NCBI GenBank assembly: GCA_002269645.1 | Contig: NIVC01000696.1 | Coordinates: 1-64,000 of the forward strand | Source: Macrostomum lignano | Lineage: Eukaryota | Length of the DNA: 64,000 bases | Direction: 5' to 3' | Shown here: in pieces, positions 40,701 through 51,814 of the stretch | How the letters are laid out: every line of letters starts with the position of its first letter | How positions within the stretch are numbered: position 1 is the stretch's first letter | Program-made: the position numbers and the translations under genes | The notes under the pieces: generated by a model | What the model was told of the DNA's origin: nothing | The model's input: only the letters and a program-made list of their open reading frames with translations | The model's database searches: none

Positions 40701-40800
40701 CGCCGCCGGTGACGAGAACTTTGTAGCCGGCGAACCGGCCCGTGGTGCTACTCTGGTTCAGCGGCGGCTGCTCTCTGGATAGGAAACTCTCCGACAGCAT
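37783..40800 (-). CDS. Classical short-chain dehydrogenase/reductase (SDR), 2 exons, 297 aa
   Basis: Exons 40393-40800 and 37783-38268 (CAG|GTAGGC ... CTGCAG|GAA, phase 0). Motifs TGGASGIG, LVNCA, NLSS, catalytic YVATK, VRVNSVSPG, FVTGADLLVDGG. Confidence 0.92.
38450..38640 (+). mobile_element. SINE family copy in SDR intron
   Basis: TTCGATTC...ATTGGCCGGGGGTT..GTGCGATTC...CCTGCGTACAGTATTGGCGCGCTTG..TGCTCAGGACTCAGCGG. Confidence 0.6.
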
Positions 40801-41104
40801 GGCTGTAACCGAAATCGGGCTGGATGCTTTTCGGCTGGATTCGTCTGTGCGATATGCGCGCGTATGTGTGGCTTAGTGCAGCGCGTTTCTCGGTCGCGCA
40901 GAGGTTTAAACCCTCCCCACCCGCTCCGAGGTTCCAGCGCCAGCCTTAGTGCACTGAAATAGGAGAGATAAGAACAGGCCATATAGAAGCGGAGAGCTGT
41001 CGGCCCTGGGGTAGGGAGGGCTGCCCCCAAAATAAGTTTAATGAGCGCGTACAAGACAAGTTTAGAATGAAAAAGTACGCACGCCTGAATCTGGTAGTAA
41101 CGCT

Positions 41105-41560
41105 CTAGGCTTGGGCTATAGGCTAGGGTTAAGATCACAGAATACACAGTATTCTGTGGTTAGGATTAGGATGTAGGATTTGGGCTAGGATTAAGGACAG
41201 GATTAGGGATAGGATAAGGGTTAGGATTAGGGCTAGGATTAAGGATAGGATTAGGGCTAGTATTAAGGATAGAATTAAGGATAGGATTAAGGATAGAATT
41301 AGGGGCAGGATTAGGGTTACGATTAGGGGTAGGATTAGGGGTAGGATTAAGGATAGGATTAGGGTTAGGATTAGGGATAGGATTAGGGCTGGGATTAAGG
41401 ATAGGATTAGGGATAGGATTTGGGCTAGGATTAAGGATATGATTAGGATTAGGGATAGGATTAAGGCTGAATTAAGGATAGGATTAGTATTAGGGATAGA
41501 ATTAGGGTAATTGATTAAGGATAAGGACTAGGGTGTAGGATTAGGTTTAGGATTAGGGAC
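41105..41560. repeat. Degenerate TTAGGG-like array
   Basis: GGATTAGGG / GGTTAGG / GGCTAGG units. Confidence 0.85.
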
Positions 41561-41673
41561 TTTCAGTTTGGCTGGTCTTGCTTGTAACACTTTGGGAAAA
41601 TAAAAAAACATTTAATGCTGACAGTAAATATTTCTGTGCCCAACGGTGATGTTGAATCAGCTTATCAAAGGTT

Positions 41674-41679
41674 TTTATT
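41674..41679 (-). terminator. Polyadenylation signal of the Rdx-like gene
   Basis: AATAAA on the minus strand about 42 nt after the TGA. Confidence 0.5.
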
Positions 41680-41721
41680 TACAGGTCTTCAAATATAGAT
41701 AAGAACGCAATCACTCATCAG

Positions 41722-42617
41722 TCAGGGCATGCAGCACAGCAGGTCGTAGCAGACCGGCTCCATCTGCAGGCAGGCCTCGATCGCGCGCATCACCGCAGGC
41801 AGGGGCGGCGGCTGAGCCACAAACCAGTACTTGGTGAGGCTGCAGGTGTCGGGCACCATGGGCCACCGCCCGTCTGTCACGGAGGCCAGCAGCCGCTCGT
41901 CCTAACAAAAAACCGGACAGCACGATACAGTCGGATTAGTACAGGTATACAGGTGCGGATTAAGGTTATAGATCTACGGATTAAGGTACTGGTATCCCTT
42001 TTCTTCCCCTCCCCTGCCTTCCCGCATCCCCTCTCTTCCCCTTCCATCCCCTCTCTTCCTTCCCTCCCATCCCCTCTCTTCCCTCCCATCCCCTCTCTTC
42101 CTTCCCTCCCATCCCCTCTCTTCCCTCCCATCCCCTCTCTTCCCTCCCATCCCCTCTCTTACCTCCCTCCCATCCCCTCTCTTCCCCTTCCATCCCCTCT
42201 CTTACCTCCCATCTCTCCCCTCTCTTCCCCTCCCATCCCCTCTCTTCCCCCCATCCCCTTCCGTCCTCTTTTCCTTTTCACATCCCCTCTCGTCAATAAA
42301 TTTAAAATAATAATTGCAAGCATCACACAGGTGCCTCAACAACAAGGCTCAAAGGCGAACGTCGGCCGCGCTACGAGCGTACCAACAGAAAAGATTGAGG
42401 CAGAATACTTAAACGTACAGATGCCACAGAGTCGGGCACTAACATTGCTGTACAGTGTGAGACTCAACTCGGGAAAAGTGATGCTCCTTGACCGGGTGTC
42501 CAGCCGTACCAGGTCGGGCCAGGCCGTCTCAATGCGGATCTCCAGCTGTTTCAGGTAGGCCTCGTGAGTCGGATTGTTGCGGTCGTACTCGAATAAAACT
42601 CTCGCTCGAACTGACAT
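41722..42617 (-). CDS. Rdx-family (SelW/MIEN1-like) small protein lacking CxxC/CxxU, 2 exons, 117 aa
   Basis: Exons 42444-42617 and 41722-41901 (AAT|GTTAGT ... TTTTGTTAG|GAC, phase 0). Protein: MSVRARVLFEYDRNNPTHEAYLKQLEIRIETAWPD...LSLTLYSNDERLLASVTDGRWP...PPPLPAVMRAIEACL...CYDLLCCMP. AATAAA follows the stop. The gene model is solid; the family call is by eye. Confidence 0.75.
42005..42290. repeat. CT-rich array in Rdx-like gene intron
   Basis: CCCATCCCCTCTCTTCCCT units. Confidence 0.85.
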
Positions 42618-43004
42618 TGCGTCCTTTGACCTTGTTTTTGAGCGTATCTCTCACTATGATAGATCACAGAAGACAAAGTATAGAAGTATAGCCATCTAGT
42701 CGCTATCGGTTTGAATTGGATGTGAATTGGGTCTTGGTCATAGACATCCGAAAGTTAAGGCATCTTTCTCTTAAACTTTCAAAAGCACCTTGGACCTATC
42801 TATCCAATGCATTTCAAGCAGAATTACAAGCTGAATAGCTAAAAGTTTACCAGCTGCAGGAAGAGCGTTTCACAAGGCTGCTTACATGTTTTTTGTATGC
42901 TTTCATAACAAATTTACAAGCATAATTGAGCAACTAAGGAAGACAACTCTTCAACTTGTCAGTCACTACAAGTGTTGGGGCTCGGTAGACATCATAGGCG
43001 CGGG

Positions 43005-43408
43005 CCACTAGGCATATATCCTTAGTAAAACAGCTTTCTTCTTTCAGTTCAATAGCAAAGAAGAATACATAAGCTATTTTATAAAAATAAAGCCAGCTGA
43101 AATGACTTTGATAAGTTTAGATAGAAGCCCAATCTTGCAGGCGTAAACAGCTTGCTAATTGGTTCAGCAATAATGTACATTAGCCAGTCCACTGAACTGT
43201 ACATGGCAGCTTTAGGCTGGAATTCCGAGAAAGGCAATAAAAATTGGGGCGGGGCGGGGGGGGTAGTGTGGAAAGGCGCGGTTTAAGGTTTAAGGAGGAT
43301 TTAAGCTGGGGGGAGGTTTAGAGCCAATAAATGAGCCTTGAATTTAAAAATAACAGCTACATTAACACTATTTTCTGCTTTACTTACTACTGAACTGAAA
43401 GTAGCTTA
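43005..43408. mobile_element. MITE family B, copy 2 (ends truncated)
   Basis: Near-identical to 17645-18015 (TAGTAAAACAGC...GCTTTAGGCTGGAATTCCGAGAAAGGC...CTGAACTGAAAGTAGCTT). Confidence 0.75.
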
Positions 43409-44204
43409 TTCATGAAACTTAATTGTAACTTGTCGCACTTGTAGCCCCTACAAGTCGTATATGAAACACCCTGTCGGTCCCTGCTTTGTCCTAAAGACTA
43501 AATAACAGTAGCAATCCGCAATCTTACTACTAACAAACTTTTTCATATCTGATATTATCCAGAATAGCGGGAGAACTCGAAGCATTACGAGTACAAAGCT
43601 CTCCTGAACTGCTCTTGTCTAGGAAAATTGATATCCACTTCCTCCGTTTCAGCTCAGCTAGCAGAGACCGATTTCGAATATTGGTTCTCCCTTCCCTGGT
43701 CTACTGTTTGTCCTGGAGCTCGGGTTGCTGTGACAGCCCCTCACTGTGCACTTTTAATGGCCAATTGCCCCAGGCTGACAATGCCGCAGCCACGGGCCCT
43801 CGATTGCCAATCTATCTCTCTTCAGCCGGCTCCCACTTTGCTGCGCGCTCTCATATCTTGCTGCTTGCTGCGGCATGATGAGGCTAGGCGGCGAGAGGCT
43901 GGGAGGTAATGATCGCTCTCTCTCCCTCTCTCTGCCCGTCGGGAAACCTGCTCTCGTTCTTCTTGGTTGGAGAATTTTGAGTTTGACAGCTGCGGGGCAA
44001 TCAATATTGGCTCCCGCATGAGCTGATTTTTTATTCGATTTTTGCTTTGCAAATCCATCAACAGCTTCTTGACAGCACTGCTTAAGGCGCTGCTACTCAG
44101 CATCTAAAGACAACAGTTTCTGCACTCTGAAACTTTACGTTAATATCACTTCTGACTATCTGAATATTGTTACTGCACTAAAGAAATTTGCATCGATCTC
44201 CCAT

Positions 44205-45120
44205 TTCTGATCCTAGCATACCATTTCTGATCCTAGCATCCGATTTCTGATCCTAGCATCCCATTTCTGATCCTAGCATCCCATTTCTGATCCTAGCATC
44301 CCATTTCTGATCCTAGCATCCGATTTCTGATCCTAGCATCCCATTTCTGATCCTTGCATCCGATTTCTGATCCTAGCATTCCATTTCTGATCTTAGCATC
44401 CCATTTCTGACCCTAGCATCCCATTTCTGATCCTAGCATTCCATTTCTGATCTTAGCATCCCATTTCTGACCCTAGCATCCCATTTCTGATCCTAGCATT
44501 CCATTTCTGATCCTAGCATCCCATTTCTGATCCTAGCATCCGATTTCTGATCCTAGCATCCCATTTCTGATCCTAGCATCCCATTTCTGATCCTAGCATC
44601 CCATTTCTGATCCTAGCATACCATTTCTTATCCTAGCATCCCATTTCTGATCCTAGCATTCCATTTCTGATCCTTGCATCCCATTTCTGATCCTAGCATC
44701 CCATTTCTGATCCTAGCATCCCATTTCTGATCCTAGCATCCGAGTTCTGATCCTAGCATACCATTTCTGATCCTTACATCCCATTTCTGATCCTAGCATA
44801 CCATTTCTTATCCTAGCATCCCATTTCTGATCCTAGCATTCCGTTTCTGATCCTTACATCCCATTTCTGATCCTAGCATCCCATTTCTGATCCTAGCATC
44901 CCATTTCTGATCGTAGCATTCGAGTTCTGATCCTAGCATCCCATTTCTGATCCTAGCATCCGAGTTCTGATCCTAGCATCCTAGCATGATCCCCCATTCC
45001 CGATCCCCCATTCCCGATTCCCCATTCCCGATCCCCCATTCCCGATTCCCCATTCCCGATCCCCCATTCCCGATCTCCCATTTCCGATCCCCCATTCCCG
45101 ATCCCAATTTCTGATCTCCC
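44205..45120. repeat. 20-bp minisatellite followed by 13-bp array
   Basis: CCATTTCTGATCCTAGCATC (44205-44990), then CCCCATTCCCGAT (44993-45120). Confidence 0.95.
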
Positions 45121-45614
45121 ATACCCTCCAAAATAATTTTTTTTCTACTTATTCTTTGTAGAAAAAATTAATCTCGCGAGGCCAGAGCTGCCTGGAGTGC
45201 GGACTCAGAGCAGACTGAATGTGGATAATTTATGAAATATAATTGCTGGTTAGCTGGGGCTTGTCCTTGGCTCAGCACCAGCTGCCTGGAGTCGGCTGGC
45301 AGATTAATAATTGCTCAGACCGGCGGATGTTGTTTGAAGATATTAGCGGCTGGGCACTGGGCAGCGAGCTGATTATTGATAATTATGCATAATTATTCAT
45401 AATTATTTATCAGTTAGTTTTCCCTTGGCCCATCGATCTGGCTTTTATCTAGTATAGAATCGGGTAGAATTCGATATTTGGTTTTTTTAAAATTGATTTT
45501 CTGCATTCATTTCTTTTTAATTTCAACGAACACGGACATTTTACAGAACTGAAAATGTAGAAAAGTATTAAAAAATGTAAATTTTCATGTAATTATGGAA
45601 TTTTCGGCGCTATT

Positions 45615-46705
45615 TGCAATTCTGGGATGTAGGGATTTTATGCAATTCTGGAATGTAGGGATTTCATGCAATTCTGGGATGTAGGGATTTCATGCAATTC
45701 TGGGATGTAGGAATTTCATGCAATTCTGGAATGTAGGGATTTCATGCAATTCTGGAATGTAGGGATTTTATGCAATTCTGGGATGTAGGGATTTCATGCA
45801 ATTCTGGGATGTAGGAATTTCATGCAATTCTGGAATGTAGGAATTTCATGCAATTCTGGGATGTAGGGATTTCATGCAATTCTGGGATGTAGGGATTTCA
45901 TGCAATTCTGGAATGTAGGGATTTCATGCAATTCTGGGATGTAGGGATTTCATGCAATTCTGGGATGTAGGGATTTCATGCAATTCTGGAATGTAGGGAT
46001 TTCATGCAATTCAGGGATGTAGGGATTTCATGCAATTCTGGGATGTAGGGATTTTATGCAATTCTGGAATGTAGGGATTTCATGCAATTCTGGGATGTAG
46101 GGATTTCATGCAATTCTGGCATGTAGGGATTTCATGCAATTCTGGAATGTAGGGATTTCATGCAATTCTGTGATGTAGGGATTTTATGCAATTCTGGAAT
46201 GTAGGGATTTCATGCAATTCTGGAATGTAGGGATTTCATGCAATTCTGGGATGTAGGGATTTCATGCAATTCTGGAATGTAGGGATTTCATGCAATTCTG
46301 GAATGTAGGGATTTCATGCAATTCTGGAATGTAGGGATTTCATGCAATTCTGGGATGTAGGGATTTCATGCAGTTCTGGGATGGGATGTAGGGATTTCAT
46401 GCAATTCTGGGATGTAGGGATTTCATGCAATTCTGGGATGTAGGGATTTCATGCAGTTCTGGGATGGGATGTAGGGATTTCATGCAATTCTGGGATGTAG
46501 GGATTTCATGCAATTCTGGGATGTAGGGATTTCATGCAATTCTGGGATGTAGGGATTTCATACAATTCAGGGATGTAGGGATTTCATGCAATTCAGGGAT
46601 GTAGGGATTTTATGCAATTCAGGGATGTAGGGATTTCATGCAATTCAGGGATGTAGGGATTTCATGCAATTCTGGAATAGATGTGTGAATTTCATGCAAT
46701 TCTGG
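45615..46705. repeat. 26-bp minisatellite
   Basis: Unit TGCAATTCTGGGATGTAGGGATTTCA. Confidence 0.95.
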
Positions 46706-47934
46706 GCTTCGAGGCCGCATGCAAGTCCGCCCCAGAGGGTCAAAAGCGGATGCAAGCGCGAAAAGAGATTTTTTGTGCCGCAGGACAGTCCGCCGAAGTT
46801 GGGAATTTTTTCGACAACACCGTAAACAGAGAGAGCTTAGCGAAGTTGGCTTGAAGCGAGGATTTCACTTGTCTAACCACCACTATACCTGTCCGTTTTT
46901 AGGGAAAAAATTCTTTCACAAAGAATTCACCTCTGTGTAGTGGGGTCTGCGGTAGGTACTACACCAAAGTTAGAAAAGGAAAAAGCTTAATAAAATTTTG
47001 GCCCTCAAAATGCAGACCATTTTATGCATGGCCAGACCAGGACCATTGAGACCGCTAGCTGCTAAGCTGTTAGTATCCTTCAGCCTGGCCAGCTCTTTAT
47101 TTTAAGTGTGCTCAACTCTCTAATGACTCCGCCCCCTCCCCGGCTCTGCCAAAATGATAGTATCGCTAGTTTCAGCTGTCACTGGGTACAGAATGTGTAT
47201 CGGGAGGCTAGCGAGCTTCGATAACTGTTTAGCCAATACAAACTCGACTGCTCCGCTGCCGTGTTGCTAATCGGTCTGCGGATTAAACTTCAGCCTTCAG
47301 CCCCCAGCTGCGATTGGCCAGAGTCGGTCTACGGGTCTCCCACGATTGCCAGGGAGATCTTGCAACTCCCACCCGATGCCCCCCCCCAGGCGGTTCCCAT
47401 GCCCGCAAACTGTTCCCAGATCTAGGCCAAAACTGCGACAAAGTGGGAGCCATGGGAGGGGAGAGGAGAGGGCAGGAGGGGAGGGCGAGGCGGGAAAGTA
47501 CAAGTGTACGCATCCGCGACCGGCGCCCAGCCCCGCGCGGAGAGTGTGCCGGCAGTGGCGCCGCCCCCCGCCAATACTCGCCAAGTCTGCAGTTTGTCGG
47601 GCTTCGCTCCAAAAAGGAATTAAGAAAGAATTGTTTGGCCTTGGCGCGCTCTCACAGGCATTTTGAATCTAGCTAGAGCATTCTCTGTGTGGAGCAGAAC
47701 TGACTGACTGATCTATTAATGCCACTGGGATCGCGGCGCTGTACTAATAGTTGCTATATCCCGATTCTCAAGGCGTACGATTGAATCAGCTGACGTCACC
47801 GTGCTGAATCAACGCTAACTAAATAAATGAGTGCGACAGGGAGGCGGATTCTACCTCGGCTAAGCCTCTTTAAGGTGAGAAGCAGTTTGTGAATATTGCT
47901 TATAAGGTTGTATCCTCGTATTATGTAATCCATG

Positions 47935-48280
47935 TGCTAATCTATCTAATGAATAAAGGAATAGAAAGGATTGCTAATCTATCCAATGAGTAAAGCGATA
48001 GAATGGAATTCTAATCTATCCAATGAGTAAAGCAATAATAATGGATTGCTAATCTATCCAATGAGTAAAGCAATAAGAATGGATTGCTAATCTATCCAAT
48101 GAGTAAAGCAATAAGAATGGATTGCTAATCTATCTAATGAGTAAAGCAATAAGAATGGATTGCTAATCTATCCAATGAGTAAAGCAATAAGAATGGATTG
48201 CTAATCTATCCAATGAGTAAAGCAATAAGAATGGATTGCTAATCTATCCAATGAGTAAAGCAATAATAATGGATTGCTAG
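47935..48280. repeat. 38-bp minisatellite
   Basis: Unit ATGGATTGCTAATCTATCCAATGAGTAAAGCAATAAGA. Confidence 0.9.
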
Positions 48281-49110
48281 TCTAGTTCCTGAGGAGTGGT
48301 CAAATAATTTCAAGGGCCATGAAGTGAGCGGATGTAGAATCAATCGACTTGCCGAACTCGGAGCATTAGAAGGGCAAAGTACTATTAAGATCCAAAACAA
48401 TAAAGAGCATGCTTGGTGACCCATAGTACTGGATTGCCCTCACACAGTGCAAATAACAATGCACTCCAGCTAGCTCTCAAGCAGTGCTACAGGAATCTCA
48501 GAAACTGCTCTCAATTGAATTGTCAAAACGCATTCTCGCTGTGATCGAGTGAGCGAGTGAATGCACTTTAAGAGCCCGCGAGGCATGCATAGTTGCAGAT
48601 TTCAAAATGTTTGCGTGATCCAATTCCTGGGAATTAGAGCTGGGGGGTAGGCGGGAGAGCTCAGTTGTGGATTATCCCCAAGCAATGGCTCAAAGCTGCT
48701 CAGAAGGACCGACCGGGATTCTCTAATCTCATGTGACTAATTGGTAATCGCCCGATTTGAGAGCCGCGCGCAGTCACTGTAGGGACCTGCCAATAGAAGG
48801 GAGAATACCCTGCCGCTCCCGAGCACCGGCACCAATCGCTGTCTCACTGCATTCGGCAAGATTTAAAATAGGTTTTGTCATTTTGTTTTAAGACACAAGC
48901 AAAATGAGCTAATGTGTGCGTGTGTGTGTGTATGAACTCAAGCGAAAGTGAAGTTCCTGTACATGTTCGTACATGTTTGACTATTAATAAGTCAATGCCG
49001 AATTTGAGAAGTCGAATTTTCTTACTAAACTTTCCCGACCTTCGAGGGGCAGACCAGCTTCCCACCCCTCCTCTCTATTGTGTGCAGTTCCAGTGAATAC
49101 AGAATATTCT

Positions 49111-49560
49111 CGAGGCCACGGGTCTAAAATGTGAGGCTAGATAAGAGGGGCGCTAGTCAGTCAGGTGATGTACTTCTTTAGTGTTCGAGGCCACGCGTCT
49201 AAAATGTGAGGCTAGATAAGAGGGGCGCTAGTCAGTCAGGTGATGTACTTCTTTAGTGTTCGAGGCCACGCGTCTAAAATGTGAGGCTAGATAAGGGGGG
49301 CGCTAGTCAGTCAGGTGATGTACTTCTTTAGTGTTCGAGGCCACGCGTCTAAAATGTGAGGCTAGATAAGGGGGGCGCTAGTCAGTCAGGTGATGTACTT
49401 CTTTAGTGTTCGAGGCCACGCGTCTAAAATGTGAGGCTAGATAAGGGGGGCGCTAGTCAGTCAGGTGATGTACTTCTTTAGTGTTCGAGGCCACGCGTCT
49501 AAAATGTGAGGCTAGATAAGAGGGGCGCTAGTCAGTCAGGTGATGTACTTTTTTAGTGTT
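49111..49560. repeat. 75-bp tandem array, 6 copies
   Basis: CGAGGCCACG at 49111, 49186, 49261, 49336, 49411 and 49486. Confidence 0.95.
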
Positions 49561-49565
49561 CCTAA

Positions 49566-50018
49566 CCACAGATTCTAGAATAACTAGATGGGCCACTCAG
49601 CACATTTGCGTGTAAGCTACTTTTAAGTTCAGTAGCAAGTAAAACGGAAGCATTTTAATGTATTTTAAAGTCAAGGCTCATTTATTGGCTCTTACCCCCC
49701 ACTTAAGCCTCCAACCGCCCCTTTCCACGCTACCCCCGCCCCATTTTTTATTGCCTTTCTCGGAATTCCAGCCTAAGGCTGCCATGTACATTTCAGTTGG
49801 ACTGTCTAATGTACATTATTGCTTGAACCAATTAGCAAGTTGTTTACGCCTGCAAGCTTTGTGGGCTTCTATCTAAACTTATCAAAGTTATTTCAGCTGC
49901 CTTCATTTTTATAAAATAGCTTATGTATTCTTCTTTGCTACTGAACTGAAAGTAGAAAGCTGTTTTAGTAATAGTATGTATGCCTATGTGGCCCATCTAG
50001 TTATTTTAGTATCTGTGG
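49566..50018. mobile_element. MITE family B, copy 3 (inverted, with 6-bp TSD)
   Basis: TIR of about 30 bp (CCACAGATTCTAGAATAACTAGATGGGCCAC), flanked by TCCTAA on both sides. Confidence 0.8.
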
Positions 50019-50826
50019 TCCTAACAAAATCTACGATGAAGAGGGATTGTGTGTGTGGCTTTTTTGTGCATTTATCGTATAATAACCCCTACTCTTATCC
50101 GACGTCACTCGACTGAATAGTTTGAGAATGGAGCCAGTCGTGGGAACAGATGAAGCCCTCGATTGTCTGCGCGCTTGTGTCACTACCGTCAAAATTGTCT
50201 GCGCGCCTGCGTCACAGCCGCGTTTGCGCGCTTCTGCCTGTGCGCGCTTATATCAAATATTGTAAAAAATGCACATGCGCGCTAATGTCTTGCGCGCTTA
50301 TTTAACTCTCCCCCCTGTGTGAGCGTGTGTACGAGTACGGAACTATAGAAATATACGGAAATACAGCTTTGATGCTTCAACAGTGGTTTTTTGCCCATGT
50401 AAGAGGAGGATCACACGCATCCCTGCCTACTTAATTTGGCAGTAGCAAATTTAGCGGCTGTCAATGATTGGCAATAGATAATTAGCTAAGTTTAGGCTAC
50501 AAAATACTTGGGACTGGTTCGCACTGAGTCTGAGGCTAGTGTCTGTCTGTCTGTCTGTCTGTGTCCTTCGACAGAACAGTGACAGAGTTGCTCAGCTGCT
50601 GCGCTTCCTGTGCTCGCTCGGGGGCATCGCATGCGAGCGGCCGGGACAAAAGCAGCCAATTGTGCAATGCCTGGTGGGTTCTGCAACTGACTCTGCGAGT
50701 TCTGTCGTTTTAAGTTGGGAAAAATATTACTGGAAAGCGGCAGTGCTCAAAAATGCAGTTGTGTTTTCTGAATGCATTTTGAAAAGCTTTCCTTTTTTGC
50801 CAAGCGCTGCATGAGGCTCCATAGAC

Positions 50827-51814
50827 CAGGGGTTGGCAAATTTTTCCTTTGAGGGCCAGATACGAGTGGAAAGGAGAGAGCATGTATGATGAGAGATTAG
50901 AGAAGAGAGGGCAGGCGAGAGATTGCATGAGAAAAGCGATAAGAGAAAAGCTAAGGGGAGAGAAGAGGGGAGAGAGGAGAGGGGAAATAGGGGAGAGAGG
51001 GGGTGAGGGAAGAGAGGGGAGAGGAGAGCGGAGAGGAGAGTGGAGAGGAGAGTGGAGAGAAGGGGGGAGAGAGGGGGAGAGGAGAGGGGAGGAGGGGGAA
51101 AGGGGGGAGAGGAGAGGAGAGGAGGGGGGAGAGAGGAGGGGGGAGAGGAGAGGGGAGAGGAGAGTGGAGAGGAGAGTGGAGAGAAGGGGGAGAGAGGGGG
51201 GAGAGGAGAGGGGAGGAGGGGGAGAGGGGGGGAGAGGAGAGGAGAGGAGGGGGAGAGAGGAGGGGGAGAGGAGAGGGGAGAGGAGAGGGGAGGAGGGGGA
51301 GAGAGGGGAGAGGAGAGGGGAGGAGGGGAGAGGAGAGGGGAGGAGAGGAGAGAGGAGGGGGGAGAGAGGGGGGAGGAGAGGGGAGGAGAGGAGAGAGGAG
51401 GGGGGAGGAGGGGGAGAGAGAGGGGAGAGGAGAGGGGAGAGAGGGGGAGAGGAGAGGAGAGAGGAGAGGGGAGGAGTGGGGAGAGAGGGGGGAGAGGAGA
51501 GGAGAGGAGAGGGGGGAGAGAGGGGGGAGAGGAGAGGGGAGGAGTGGGGAGAGAGGGGGAGGAGAGGAGAGGAGGGGGAGAGGAGTGGGGAGAGGAGGGG
51601 GAGAGGAGTGGGGAGGAGTGGGGAGAGAGGGGGGAGAGGAGAGGAGAGGAGGGGGGAAAGGAGAGGAGAGAGGAGGGGGGAGAGAAGAGAGCTGAGAAGC
51701 GACAAAACTTTAGCGGACTGGATTAAAATTGTGAAGGTTTAAATTACCCGAGGGCCGGATAGAGAGGCTTCACCGGCCGCATGTGGCCCACAGGCCGGAG
51801 TTTGCCGACCCCTG
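50827..51814. mobile_element. Non-autonomous hAT MITE with internal GA-rich array
   Basis: TIRs CAGGGGTTGGCAAA / TTTGCCGACCCCTG; perfect 8-bp TSD CCATAGAC (50819-50826, 51815-51822); subterminal GGCCGCATGTGGCCC motif. Confidence 0.85.

Noticed and set aside
41690-41724. Selenocysteine read-through of the TGA in the Rdx-like gene
   Set aside because: The TGA is not at the redox-motif position, AATAAA follows within about 45 nt, and there is no room for or sign of a SECIS.
50160-50300. Cluster of TGCGCGC motifs
   Set aside because: Probably subterminal repeats of a decayed DNA transposon. No termini or TSD could be identified, so it is not called.
50710-51742. Long Arg/Gly/Glu and Ser/Pro/Leu ORFs
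   Set aside because: These are translations of the GA-rich array inside the hAT MITE.
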